From Narcine bancroftii (lineage: Eukaryota): 64,000 nt of DNA. Made by a program: the position numbers and the translations under genes. Shown one piece after another: positions 13,294 to 26,789 of this stretch. The stretch lies in the NCBI RefSeq assembly GCF_036971445.1, contig NC_091470.1, positions 41,850,001-41,914,000 of the forward strand, written 5' to 3'. The notes beneath the pieces are model-generated. The model was not told where the DNA came from and made no database searches. It saw only the letters and a list, made by a program, of their open reading frames with translations. The stretch's first letter is position 1. Every line of letters begins with the position of its first letter.

Positions 13294-14099
13294 GGTCAAC
13301 CAGTTTACCTATCTCGGCTGCACCATTTCATCAGATGCAAGGATCGACAACGAGATAGACAACAGACTCGCCAAGGCAAATAGCGCCTTTGGAAGACTAC
13401 ACAAAAGAGTCTGGAAAAACAACCAACTGAAAAACCTCACAAAGATAAGCGTATACAGAGCCGTTGTCATACTCACACTCCTGTTCGGCTCCGAATCATG
13501 GGTCCTCTACCGGCATCACCTACGGCTCCTAGAACGCTTCCACCAGCGTTGTCTCCGCTCCATCCTCAACATTCACTGGAGCGCTTTCATCCCTAATGTC
13601 GAAGTACTCGAGATGGCAGAGGTCGACAGCATCGAGTCCACGCTGCTGAAGATCCAGCTGCACTGGGTGGGTCACGTCTGCAGAATGGAGGACCATCGCC
13701 TTCCCAAGATCGTGTTATATGGCAAGCTCTCCACTGGCCACCGTGACAGAAGTGCACCAAAGAAAAGGTACAAGGACTGCCTAAAGAAATCTCTTGGTGC
13801 CTGCCACATTGACCACCGCCAGTGGGCTGATATCGCCTCAAACCGTGCATCTTGGCGCCTCACAGTTTGGCGGGCAGCAACCTCCTTTGAAGAAGACCGC
13901 AGAGCTCACCTCACTGACAAAAGGCAAAGGAGGAAAAACCTAACCCCAACCAACCAATTTTGCTCTGCAACCGCTGCAACCGTGTCTGCCTGTCCCGCAT
14001 CGGACTTGTCAGCCACAAACGAGCCTGCAGCTGACGTGGACATTTACCCCCTCCATAAATCTTCGTCCGCGAAGCCAAGCCAAAGAAAGAAGAAGAAAG
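13294..14099 (+). mobile_element. RTE-clade LINE, 5'-truncated young copy 1
   Basis: VNQFTYLGCTISSD..AFGRL..WVGHV..RLPKIVLYG; (GAA/AAAG)n tail; probable 7-bp TSD AATAAAG (13288-13294 and 14100-14106). Confidence 0.95.
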
Positions 14100-14659
14100 A
14101 ATAAAGATTGATCCAATTTGATCTTTAAATAATTTTACCGTCTATAAATTGGGTAATAAACCTTGAAAAAATAAACATGCTTACGAAAGGTAATTGTAAT
14201 ACTAAGCCCAGGTGAATGAACCAGTGATCAGTTGAACATATTTGTGAGCGTTTAAACATTTTTTGCCTTGACTTGAAGACAGATATTGTGATCTTTTGAT
14301 CTCACCTAATCTACTCCATTGTGGCATGATTTTAACTGCTCTTTTCTCTGTAATGTATTTCATACTTTTGTTTTATTTTGTTGGACTTAAATATAGGGCT
14401 TGACATGCCTAGATAGCACACAAAATGAAGCAAATCTCAGGACATTTCAGTAATAAACAATTCAAGGATAATGCTGTGATGAAAATAACACTGCATCTGG
14501 GATTCTCGCAAATCTCTAAAAATAGGATTTAAGGATTGAGAAAAAAATCAGTAAATTTAAATTCTATAATAGCATGAGACAAAAACTGAAAAATCAAAAA
14601 TTTTAAATATAATTTTTATATAATTCACCACCTGAAGACTCAACACCACTCAGTTCATG

Positions 14660-15460
14660 TTAAACAAAAAAGCCTGCAGACGCTGTGATTGTAGTTTACC
14701 CAAAAATTGCTGGAAAAACTCAGTAAGTCATGCAGCATTCTTTATGTAGCAAAGATAGATACACAATTGGGCCTCAGTTCTTCATCAAGGAGCAAAAATC
14801 AAGCACCCGAATAAAATGGTGTGGTTGGGGGTGGAGGAAGGGGTGGAGCACAGGTTAAAAGGCCATAGGTGGCTATGTGAGGGAGAGCACAAGAAAAAAA
14901 AAGCTGTTTTTTAAAAAAAAATTATTGTTACCAAGGTCCACAAACCCAATTGTGTCAGTAGACCCATTGTTTCCACGTGCTCCTGCCCCACTGAACTGGT
15001 ATAATCTTACCTCAACTCCATTTTTTCCTCCATTATCCAGTCCCTCCCTACTTACATCTGTGATACCTCACATACCCTACAACACTTCAATAACTTCCAA
15101 TTCTCTGAACTCAACCACCCCATTTTCACTATGAATGTCCAAAGTCTATAAACCTCCCTCCCCATACTGAAGATCTGAAAGCCCTTCATTTCTTTCTCAA
15201 CAGATTCAACCTCCTCCCCCAACACCACTCTCGCCTACCTAACTTGTTTTCACCCTCAATAACTTCTCCTTTTGATTCATCCCACTTTCTCCAAGTCAAA
15301 GGGGCAGCCATGGGTATTTGCGTGTCCCAGCTATGCCTGTCTTTTTGTTGGTTTTGTGGAGCAATCCATGCTACAACCCTACACAGGCAAGGCTCCTCAA
15401 CCTTTCCTCTGCTACATTGACAACTACATTGATGCTCCCTCATGATGCATCAACAAGTTG
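14660..15460 (+). mobile_element. Penelope-like element fragment (RT remnant)
   Basis: Decayed PLE RT motifs FTMNVQSL.TS.PH, NNFSFDSSHFLQVKGAAMG, PSYACLFVGFVEQS and LFLCYIDN. The left end resembles the palindromic repeat at 23195. Confidence 0.8.
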
Positions 15461-15998
15461 CCAAGCAATTTTATCATTAAGAGTCCGAAAAGAACATAGC
15501 AGTTGTGTGGTGAGAAAGAATCAAATGGAGCATTGAAGGATATGAGATTTTTTGCTTTGGCTAGAAGAAAACCAGAAATTTAAATAAAAAAAAATGTTAA
15601 ATCTAATAAATGTTGACAGACAGTAGGATTTTGCTGGTGCACAAAAATCTAAGCCATTTAAGACCAAGAGGAGTAGAAACATTTTCAAAATGTCAATGCT
15701 ATTTCATCATTTCCTGGATCAAGAACATAATACTATTATGTTTGGCACCAAAATGAACAGGAAACACATCTAACATTTAGAAACTTTTTTTTAAAAAGAA
15801 AAAAAATGGTATTTTTAAAAATGATTGATCGATGACATTTATGCAATTTTTAAGACAGTAAAGATTTTCTTAATGTTTAAAGTAATGGAAATGCTAAATG
15901 GAAAATACAATGATTTAAAAATAAAATAGAAAAAGGATAAAAAAGAAAACAGAATAAAAACAAAACTGCTCTATTAGAATATCAAAACTATGCAATAC

Positions 15999-16109
15999 CT
16001 GAAGATGAGGCCATGCAGCCTCCAATGTTGGTTCATCCTCTTCAGGATCAAACTCTGCCCCTGTGGGGTTTGATGATGGTGGCAACGTTCGAAACATGTT
16101 CACTGCAAA
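15999..16109 (-). CDS. PPP2R5C: PP2A B56-gamma coding exon (3rd): [37 protein letters not shown]
   Basis: 111 bp, TTTCAG| acceptor and CAG|GTATTG donor. FAVNMF matches gamma (delta has FSVNLF). Confidence 0.97.
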
Positions 16110-18067
16110 CTGAAAAATATTTATGAAGTTAGTCATATGCATTCACTAGAAGTATGCAAATTAATAATTTGTATTCAATTTTTTATGCACAACCGTTTAA
16201 AATATCTTTTGTACAATTGCAAATTATTCTCAAATAAAGGCAAGATGATAATCCCATTATTCTGCTTTATTCTTGTATTCCTGAAGCACATTTCCTTTAA
16301 ATACCATCAATTTCCTTTTGAAATCATTGTTTCCACTTCCACACACGTTCCAGGTCTTGCACTTCACTAAGAAAACTTGTCTTCCTCACATGCCTTCACT
16401 CCTCCAAAATGCTTTCTTACCCTTGTCAGATTCACTCACGAGAAGTGTTCTTTCTTGTCTACCAAAGCCTCTGAAATTTCTCCCGAATTTCCATTTTAAT
16501 CTTATGGTAAATCTCCTCAGCAACCTCTCAAGAAGCCTGTCCAAAACTGGCTGTAATATTCTAATTGTGACCTGATAAAGATTCATCTTAACTTCTTTGC
16601 TTCCTGGTATGTACAATTATTTGCCCCAGATTACAGCTTGTGTTATCACTAATTCTACATGGTTTCTCTCCATTTCCACTGGAATACGTACTGCTTACTA
16701 TATTAGGAACTACTATTCTGCCCTATTTGCTGACCTCTCTCTGCTCTGCTGGATCAGCCGTTATCATCTTAAATGTCCACAATACCCTCAAGTTTGGTAA
16801 CATTGGTAAATTTTACTCTGTTTTCCAATAAATTTGTTCATCAACTAATTTTTAGGTACTGTATATGAGTATTCAAAAGATTTCTGGAATAAATAACAGC
16901 AGTGCAGAATTTTCTTAACATGGTCCACTAACATCCAAGCTTTGAAAGATCAATTTCAATGGACATTTCATCATTTATGAAAACAAGCAAAATTTTCAGA
17001 TCAAATTAATATTCTTTAGTAAATTATCATTAAAACTGGATTAAAATGAATTATAGAATTATTTTTGTTTTCTACTCATTAATTTCTTTTTAATGCCTCC
17101 CATTTAAAAACTTCCCACACTAGGTCTCTTTACTACCCCGTCCAAACCAGCAATTGTTGGAAGACTGATCAGAAATGGACCTCGTGAACTGGATTCAACT
17201 CTTATTTCAGACCCATGTATTGAGACCCTGTACTGACACGACTAAATAGTAAAGTTATAATCTCCTTTTGCTTTAAAATTAGAACCAAAATTGCACACTA
17301 AAGAAAATTTGCAATTCACCCCACCCTGTCACTTTCCCCAAGTCCCAGCCAAAATCTCACAATGAATTCAATGATTTGGCAATATGGAGGAGCAAGAGAT
17401 TGGTGTCACAAATGACAAGAGTTTTGTGTGAAAGGAATCAGTAGTGATGGCAATTAATATTTAACAATCTCCCAAAATGTGTATTCCTTCCCTCTCCAAG
17501 TCCTTTTTATCATAATTTATATCCACATTTAAACATCTCTGAGAACAGGTGATTTTGGTTTAATTGCCTGGTTGATTGCTGCCCAAGAGTAAGGCAAGGA
17601 ATCACAAGGGCCTTATCTCATACTGGCAAAGGGCATCATTTTAATTGAAATAAATTGCTCAGGAATGCTGAAGGGCACATGATCTGAACTTGACGGCTCT
17701 CTTGGGATTTATCACTATTCCTTTATAATCTTTAGTGCGTCTGTAAGAGTCTGAAGGGGCTTGATTACCTGTGTAGTTACAACAATATTAGCTGCAATTT
17801 CACTTGGAGACTGTTGAAAGTGTGTTGTGCTACAACTCATAGGGCTCTCCTAAAGTAGAACTGACACTGAAGAATTCCCATAGAAATTATAATACCTCAA
17901 GACCAGAATTTTTCATAAGCATAGCAATTAATAAGTTAAAAAAAACTTGTTTAATTCTGAATAGATTGTTTTTCAAAACAATACAGCCATACACAAAGTT
18001 TACAGGACAAAATCTAAATGATCTACTGGTTCAGCAATCCAAAATAACATATGAATTTGAGAGAACA

Positions 18068-19350
18068 GATCCTTTCACACTTGGATCCCACTAAATTGGC
18101 TGTTCAGCATCCTAGGATAGGAATGGGGGGGGGGGTTTGACTTTTCATATTTGACCACTCCTAACTGGGACACTAAACACTCTCACACTTGCAAGGAGCC
18201 ATCCCTGGGGTTAGACTGTTCTACCTTCTACCAGTGACATCATGACACATCGAGTGATGGTGGACATGCCCTAAATCCTGATCAATGCATTGATCTTATA
18301 TTTGAGCAAAATTAATCATGCCTAATTATAACATAATTAAACTTTACGTACAGCACAGTATGAGCCCTTCAACCCCTATTGATGTGCTGACCTCTATAAA
18401 CCTTTATAAGGGACCATGGGAAAGTTGGTAGCTCTATAGTGCATAATTTATACGGCGCGAGAACATTTGTAGCACTATTGTGTGCAATTTAGATATCATG
18501 GGAAACTTGGTAGCACAATTGTTCACAATTTATACAGCATGGGAAAGTTGGTAATGCTAGTGCGTGCAATTTGGACAGCGTGGGAAAGTTGGTAGTGCTA
18601 TCGCACACAATTTATAAATACCATGGGGAAAAAGTGATGGCAGATCTTCCCTCCCAGAATGCCGTGCAGCTGAAAAAGGGCTGTATGCACAGCTGCATGC
18701 ACAAAGCATTCATGGAGAGGTTTCTCTGCCGCACAGCATTCTGCGAAGGCAGGTGTGCCATTGCTCCACCCCACGGTCTTTTACAAAATTGTGCGCTATA
18801 GCACTACCAACTTTCCCACGCTGTTTAAAGATTGTCCACTATTGCTATTTATTTCCTCTCTTAATGCAGTTTGGGAACAAAATAATTTTGCATTATTAAT
18901 AATTGTATCAAACATTATTCTTTGAAGTTTTAGATGAAACCAATAACTTCAAAGTCATTTTGATAGATAGAAAATTATCTAAATTGCATAATAAATATTA
19001 AGTGTGTTGTTATTTTTCCTGTAGAATAATTTAGCGTCCATTTGAAACAGAATCTCATATACTGGAATTAACCCAAAAGGTGCATTCTTGCGTAGCTCTT
19101 AATCATTCACGGCAACATTTGTCATTTGTTTTATTACCTGCCTGTTAAAATGCTAAATTAATTTCACTTCCCTAATTTCTTCTCTTATTCCATTCCTTGT
19201 GGGATTGAATAGGAAACCCCAATTGCCTTCATCATCCACTTCACAAGTCTTCACCCTCAAGGTCACATTTCACACTCACAACAGGATTCTACCATCAGGA
19301 GTGTTTTACAAGTTTCTGATGGGGAACCAGAATGCTTTCTTTGCCCTTTC
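18068..19350. mobile_element. Probable non-autonomous PIF/Harbinger-like element with internal subrepeats
   Basis: Starts CCTTTCACACTTG with repeated TTCACAC motifs and contains the tandem/inverted array at 18415-18825. Right boundary uncertain. Confidence 0.45.
18415..18825. repeat. Array of about 40-bp degenerate repeats (CATGGGAAAGTTGGTAG..CAATTTA) plus one inverted copy
   Basis: Five to six direct copies at 18415-18630 and an inverted copy (AATTGTGCGCTATAGCACTACCAACTTTCCCACG) at 18787-18820, flanking a GC-rich imperfect palindrome. Confidence 0.8.
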
Positions 19351-19618
19351 ACAACCTGGGTGGCATTAATCCTTTGGCCAGTACATTTTCATGAGATTTC
19401 AGTCGAAAATTAAACAACTTGTTTTAGTTATTTCCCTTTCAACCATCTCTAGAGGCAAAACACGTTGTACACGAAGGTCCTCCAACTGAATAATGTTCAC
19501 TGTTCAGGTTAAGTGATTATTTGCCTGGATGGATCACTCAAGGTTATCACTTATTTCAATTTCCCATCTTTTACACCTTACAATGAAATTTAGCACAATT
19601 CAAAAATATCTGAATGAT

Positions 19619-19716
19619 CACTTACTTTAAACTTTATCTGTTTTCCATAACAGTGGCATGGGTACAAACTATCTGATAGCATAGAAAATGGAGCCATTTA
19701 GCTTTTTACTTGGATT
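19619..19716. repeat. 98-bp target-site duplication, left copy (right copy 22098-22195)
   Basis: CACTTACTTTAAAC...TTTTACTTGGATT is present on both sides of the RTE with 2 mismatches. Confidence 0.92.
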
Positions 19717-22097
19717 CTTCTTCTTTTTCATTGGCTTGGCTTCGCGGACGAAGATTTATGGAGGGGGTAAAAGTCCACGTCAGCTGCAGGTTCGTTTGTG
19801 GCTGACAAGTCCGAGGCGGGACAGGCAGACACGGTTGCAGCGGCTGCAGGGGAAAATTGGTTGGTTGGGGTTGGGTTTTTCCTCCTTTGCCTTTTGTCAG
19901 TGAGGTGGGCTCTGCGGTCTTCTTCAAAGGAGGTTGCTGCCCGCCAAACTGTGAGGCGCCAAGATGCACTGGCGGTGGTCAATGCGGCAGGCACCAAGAG
20001 ATTTCTTTAGGCAGTCCTTGTACCTTTTCTTTGGTGCACCTCTGTCACGGTGGCCAGTGGAGAGCTCGCCATATAACACGATCTTGGGAAGGCGATGGTC
20101 CTCCATTCTGGAGACGTAACCCACCCAGCGCAGCTGGATCTTCAGCAGCGTGGACTCGATGCTGTCGACCTCTGCCATCTCGAGTACTTCGACGTTAGGG
20201 ATGAAAGCGCTCCAGTGGATGTTGAGGATGGAGCGGAGACAACGCTGGTGGAAGCGTTCTAGGAGCCGTAGGTGATGCCGGTAGAGGACCCATGATTCGG
20301 AGCCGAACAGGAGTGTGGGTATGACAACGGCTCTGTATACGCTTATCTTTGTGAGGTTTTTCAGTTGGTTGTTTTTCCAGACTCTTTTGTGTAGTCTTCC
20401 AAAGGCGCTATTTGCCTTGGCGAGTCTGTTGTCTATCTCATTGTCGATCCTTGCATCTGATGAAATGGTGCAGCCGAGATAGGTAAACTGGTTGACCCTT
20501 TTGAGTTTTGTGTGCCCGATGGAGATGTGGGGGGGCTGGTAGTCATGGTGGGGAGCTGGCTGATGGAGGACCTCAGTTTTCTTCAGGCTGACTTCCAGGC
20601 CAAACATTTTGGCAGTTTCTGCAAAGCAGGACGTCAAGCGCTGAAGAGCTGGCTCTGAATGGGCAACTAAAGCGGCATCGTCTGCAAAGAGTAGTTCACG
20701 GACAAGTTTCTCTTGTGTCTTGGTGTGAGCTTGCAGGCGCCTCAGATTGAAGAGACTGCCATCCGTGCGGTACCGGATGTAAACAGCGTCTTCATTGTTG
20801 GGGTCTTTCATGGCTTGGTTCAGCATCATGCTGAAGAAGATTGAAAAGAGGGTTGGTGCGAGAACACAGCCTTGCTTCACGCCATTGTTAATGGAGAAGG
20901 GTTCAGAGAGCTCATTGCTGTATCTGACCCGACCTTGTTGGTTTTCGTGCAGTTGGATAATCATGTTGGGGAACTTTGGGGGACATCCGATGCGCTCTAG
21001 TATTTGCCAAAGCCCTTTCCTGTTCACGGTGTCGAAGGCTTTGGTGAGGTCAACAAAGGTGATGTAGAGTCCTTTGTTTTGTTCTCTGCACTTTTCTTGG
21101 AGCTGTCTGAGGGCAAAGACCATGTCAGTAGTTCCTCTGTTTGCGCGAAAGCCGCACTGTGATTCTGGGAGAATATTCTCGGCGACACTAGGTATTATTC
21201 TATTTAGTAGAATCCTAGCGAAGATTTTGCCTGCAATGGAGAGCAGCGTGATTCCCCTGTAGTTTGAGCAGTCTGATTTCTCGCCTTTGTTTTTGTACAG
21301 GGTGATGATGGTGGCATCACGAAGGTCCTGAGGCAGTTTTCCTTGGTCCCAACAAAGCTTGAAAAACTCATGCAGTTTGGCATGGAGAGTTTTGCCGCCA
21401 GCCTTCCAGACCTCTGGGGGGATTCCATCCATACCTGCTGCTTTGCCACTTTTCAGTTGTTCGATTGCCTTATATGTCTCATCCTGGGTGAGGACCTCAT
21501 CCAGCTCTAGCCTTAGGGGCTGTTGAGGGAGCTGGAGCAGGGCGGAATCTTGGACTGAGCGGTTGGCACTAAAAAGAGATTGGAAGTGTTCTGACCATCA
21601 GTTGAGGATGGAGATCTTGTCGCTGAGGAGGACTTTGCCGTCTGAGCTGCGCAGTGGGCTTTGGACTTGGGGTGAGGGGCTGTACACAGCCTTTAGAGCC
21701 TCGTAGAAACCCCTGAAGTCGCCAATGTCCGCGCTGAGCTGGGTTCGTTTGGCGAGGCTAGTCCACCACTCATTTTGGATCTCCCGGAGTTTGCGCTGAA
21801 GATGGCTGCATGCGCGACGGAAGGCTTGTTTCTTCTCTGGACAGGACGGCTTTGTAAGGTGAGCCTGGTGGGCAGCTCGCTTCTTTGCCAGCAGCTCCTG
21901 GATTTCCTGGCTGTTTTCGTCAAACCAGTCCTTGTTTTTCCTGGAGGAGAAGCCCAGTACCTCTTCAGTGGATTGCAGTATGGTAGTCTTCAACTGATCC
22001 CAGAGGGTTTCAGGGGACGGGTCCGTGAGGCGGGTTGCATCGTCGAGCTTTGCTTTGAGGTTTGCCTGGAAGTTTCCTCTCACTTCGTCTGACTGAA
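19717..22097 (-). mobile_element. RTE-clade LINE, 5'-truncated young copy 2 (2.4 kb, complete RT domain)
   Basis: ORF 19924-21432 with YRGITLLS, FVDLTKAFD, GVKQGCVLAP, LLFADD and FTYLG. TGA at 21598-21600 and a 23-bp deletion near 19968. Flanked by a 98-bp direct repeat. Confidence 0.97.
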
Positions 22098-22747
22098 CAC
22101 TTACTTTAAACTTTATCTGTTTTCCATAACAGTGGCATGGGTACAAACTATCTGATAGCACAGAAAATGGAGCCATTTGGCTTTTTACTTGGATTAGAAC
22201 AGAAGAAAATTGAAAGCCTGTAATAAGATATTTTACTTCCACATGAAACAGACCATCCGTTCTCACTCCCTCCTTTGCTCCTTTATTTGACAAATTCTTC
22301 TTCAGTTGCTTATCATTTCACCCTTTTTAAATCTGCTAATGAGATTAACTTTAATCTGGAAGAATGTACAATAAATATACTATTGGTCCCCAGTTCTTAA
22401 AATGATTACATACTAGATTATTCTTGTAACTTACCATAAACATTGTTATATTTGGAGGATCATTCCTCATTTACCATTTTCATTATTTAGTATAAGGCTA
22501 AGACTTCTGGAAACAGCTCCTCTCAAGTAAAACCTCTCATATTTGGTTGATTAATCTTAATTGAAGAACTGGCACAATACATTATTAATTTGTGGATATT
22601 TACAGTGTTGGCCTGGGTCATGTTTCTACAAATATCCAACTGATCGTGATTCAGCACGGATCAACTAGCTTTAACCAGCCAAACCAAAAATATATTTTTT
22701 ACAGGAACATAAGACAAAATACTTCTCCAATGTTCCTGTCAATATCA

Positions 22748-23026
<279 letters not shown>

Positions 23027-23194
23027 TTAAGGAAAGTAAACGACCATATACAATTTTCTTCATCTCAATCACTTCAACATGCTTGCTGAATGCTTAATAT
23101 AGAGCTAATGCACCAAGCCCTTAAAATGGTTCCAACCAACTGTTAAGATTTCACAAGGGAATTGGGATTTGAAATTCTCAAGTTAAACAAGAAA

Positions 23195-23445
23195 GTCTGC
23201 AGGCATTGTGATTTTAGTTTACACAAAAATGCTGGAGAAACTCAGGAAGTCATGCAGCATTCATTATGTGGCAAAGATAAAGATACATAACCAACATTTC
23301 AGTCCTTTATCAAGGTACGAAGAGTCTGTCTGCTTTCTGGTCATACCTTGATGAAGGGCTCTGGCCCAAAACATTAGTTATGTATTTTTATCTTTACTAC
23401 ATAAAGAACTCTGCGTGACTTGATGAGTTTCTCTGGCATTTTTTG
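23195..23445. repeat. Palindromic short interspersed repeat (Penelope-terminal or MER6/V-SINE-like)
   Basis: AAAATGCTGGAGAAACTCA..AAAGATAAAGATACATAAC..TCAAGGTA is mirrored by TACCTTGATGAAGG..GTTATGTATTTTTATCTTT..TGAGTTTCTCTGGCATTTT. Half copies at 14670-14790 and 52270-52365. Confidence 0.7.
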
Positions 23446-24559
23446 ATGAAATTCTGAACTCAGGTTTGGGAATATAGCCGCTGTTATTTTCGAAGCAAAA
23501 TTATGTTAGACAATTCATCCACAAAGTCCAATTTTTGCAAAATAACCCAGTCTGTGGATTTAATGGATTATTATTTAGACAACATGAGATTTCGAAAATG
23601 CTTAACATTACCAACAGCAAAACCAAAACAACGCTGCTTCGCCTGGGAAAATAAAATGCATTTACAATACATTTCATTTATCAAAATTTGTCAAGAATAA
23701 GTTTTACAAAATTTGTTGCTTTATGGCAGCAATATTGAGCATTACAGGTGCAGAATTTCCAGTTAAGGAAGCCTTTTTTGCCTTTCACAATGGACCAATG
23801 TTAATCAGTTCTCTGTGTCCTTTCACACTCATCACAAGGTTTATATAGCTTGGCAAAGTTTCTAACTTTTTAATCTTTTGTTACCTTCATGTTCCTGAAC
23901 TCACGCAAAAACGTCATCAACATGTCATTACTTTAAAAAAAACACAAACATGTCATTACTTTGTCCCTGGATAGTCCATGTCTCTTTCACACTGTGATAA
24001 TTGGCATGCAAGCGTAAGTTGATGCCAGGGATGACACAACCTACCGAGGTTTGATGCTTGCGTGCTGATTACAGAGCTTTCACACTGAACCTTTAACTGG
24101 TAGATTAGCCATCAATTACTCGGAAAAGGTACCAGTGTGAAAAGGACTATAGTAAGAGAATCAGAATTATTGTCATAAACATGTGTCATGAAATTTGTTG
24201 TTTTGGAACAGAAGAATTGTGCAGAATAGGGTGCAAAAATGACTGTAATTATAATTTTAAAAATAAATAGTGCAAAGAAAGAGAAAAATTGAGGTAATGC
24301 CCATAGGTTCATTGTCCATTCAGAAATCTGATGGCAGAAGGGAAGAAAAGGAGAATAGCAGAATATATGGTCAGAAGTTCATCTCAGATCAAAATGTATG
24401 GTTCCCAACAGTCAGGGAAAGGGATGAAGTTAGTGGCTAAGGAATGAGCAGTTGATGGTGGAGTCAGAAATAATGGGTTGGGTAGACAAAAGGTCAGCTC
24501 CTGATGTACTAGTAGATAGAAAAGCAGCACGATAATGGAGACAAAGATGAAGCTAAAAA

Positions 24560-25416
24560 CTCCTTTCACACTAGCACCTGAAAGTGGGAATTAACCAGCA
24601 ATTTACTGGGAATTACTGCCTAGGGAGGAAATATCAAAGCCAATCCATTTTGAATCGGCACACCAAGTTGCTCAATGTGAACAGGAAACCAGGTCCCATT
24701 AGTGAAGTGCTGATGATGTTCTTGGGTGTGTGGGAGGTTCTTATAAGAGGCAGGGAATGGAAAGAGCAAAATATGTGTTTTTTTAAAAAAATAAACTGCA
24801 TTTGTGTGATTTTTCCATTATGAAGAGCCTCCGATATGCCGGCATTGGTCGATCACACTGAAACTAAGCCAGCATTTTTCCAGGTCAGTGAGTCTTTTTA
24901 CACAGCAAGCCATAATTGATGGTACATTAGACCCAATTCCCCGCACCCCCCCCCCCAAAAAATGGCTTAAAAATATTCCCCCAGTCTTGTATGCCAGATT
25001 GAAATCAGGGTGATAATGGTGAGTAACGCTGACTGTAACACTGTCGGTCCCCCCACTGGTCATTGTTGTGTTGAGAAAATATCAGGTCCAAACGTTACTT
25101 TTATTAATGACAACAATAGAAGAGCGTGAGAAAATCATAGTGGGAATAAAACACATACATGCACAATGTTTAAAAGAGTGTGGGAAAAACATGCACTATG
25201 TATAAAGGAGCATGGAAAAGTAGACAATTTAACAGGACATACATGCACAATGTATAAAAGTGTTGGAAAATATGCTGCAAGTATTGATCCATAGAAGTGC
25301 ATTTCAAACTTTTTCTTTCTACTCAAACCACCTTAACCCCTTAGCTGCACGATACAGGGTTGGTAATGGGAAAGGGCGCACAGAACCAGATTTTCTTGTT
25401 CCAGTGTGAACAGCCC
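24560..25416. mobile_element. Probable non-autonomous Harbinger-like TIR element
   Basis: CCTTTCACACTAG at the left and CCAGTGTGAACAGCCC at the right. A similar right end, CCAGTGTGAAAAGG, lies at 24132-24145. Confidence 0.45.
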
Positions 25417-26689
25417 TACCAGTATTTCAGTTAAGCGGTTGCCAATATGAAAAGGCATTTTAAGAGAGCTGGAGGCTAAATAGAACTGAAGGTCTCTCTG
25501 TAGTAAAGCAAATATATTTAAGGATAATAAAGGCAAATTTGTATGAATAACAAGCCAGGATAAACCATTAGAGGAAAACAAAAGGCAATGCAACAAAAAA
25601 GGTACAAACATTGCAAGTGATCTTTTAGCTACGTCTGAATAGAGAACAAACAGTTATGTGTAACCTTGCTGAGTTGGATGGAGAAGCATTATTCAAGAGC
25701 ATGATATGACCAGTATGACAAAAGCTGCATATAAGTGGAGAGGACATGGAAGAAGTGTTTATCATGGCCATAATGCTTTCTGTGACTTTGATGAAGATTA
25801 CATTAATTTTGTGACTGTGGACAAAAAAAGTGTGAAGGATTTCAAATGTGGAACCCTAGTAAAGACTTGCACAGGTTTGGAGGGGGTGTGGGGTGGAACG
25901 TGGCACATTTGAGAACTTGCAGTGGAAAGGGGAATGGAAATGGAGGAGTAATGTTTTTAAAAAAACAGGAACCACTGATCTACTTTGAATAGAAAACTCA
26001 ATTACAGTAACCAGCAGGTGATAAATGCTCATCACAGGTAGGTATTTTGTAAAGAATCAGGACGAGCAAAAGCTGCAGCTATCCATTTGCACTAGTATAG
26101 AAAATAGAAACTAGTCTGATGGAAAATGTTCACGCAAAAGTAAATATTTTTCAGACCTTGAACACATCCAGCAACCTAGTGCTGCATAACTGCTTTTGTT
26201 ACTATTTTCTTAAGTATTGTTAAAAACACTTTGGAATGAAAACCAACATTTTAAAGTATTAAATATCAGAAGTAAAACTTTGAAATGACTGAGTTTTTGC
26301 ACATAAAAGGAGGTTACTCTTCATTAACAACATTCGCTATAACTTTAACTCCTTAGATGATTAAAAAAAATCATACTCCAAAGACGAGAGATAAGGAACA
26401 ATTTTCTAAACTCAGCAGATTTTTTTTTATATGCAGCTTTTTTATTCACCCATCAAAATTAGTAAAACGCTCAGCTAAGTACAATTGGTGAAATACATGA
26501 CCAACTGGGTTCCAGAAATCCTTCTAGTAGGTGGAAATCCTGGACCATGATTAATCAAAATATAGGATTGCATTCAAAAGAAAACTGGCTGCCTATTGTT
26601 TTCATTAAGAACACGTTGAAGCCCAACAAAAGTTGAAGCAACCCGCAATCTATCCACCTATCTACATGGTCAGATTCCTCCTGCCCCAC

Positions 26690-26747
26690 CTCTTGTAGCA
26701 TCTGCGATTCTCACACAAGCCTCTGAATTGTAGTGAAAACAAATCAT
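26690..26747 (-). CDS. Candidate alternative first coding exon of PPP2R5C: MICFHYNSEACVRIADATR+G
   Basis: ACG-ATG start (A at -3), 19 codons + 1 nt, donor AGAG|GTGGGG. Phase 1 joins exon 2 to give ..TR-D-VPAA. Lies directly downstream of a promoter-like CpG cluster. No transcript evidence. Confidence 0.55.
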
Positions 26748-26789
26748 CGTCAAACCTTAGGAACAGCCCAATATGAAGAAAATGGAAAT

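Noticed and set aside
15915-16142. Assignment to PPP2R5D, or a standalone 75-aa ORF
   Set aside because: Only 15999-16109 is exon. FAVNMF and the MLTCN first exon identify the gamma paralogue.
21598-22293. 231-aa ORF as a chimeric host-TE gene
   Set aside because: It is the RTE frame extended by chance into the duplicated target and flank, and it ends at an in-frame stop.
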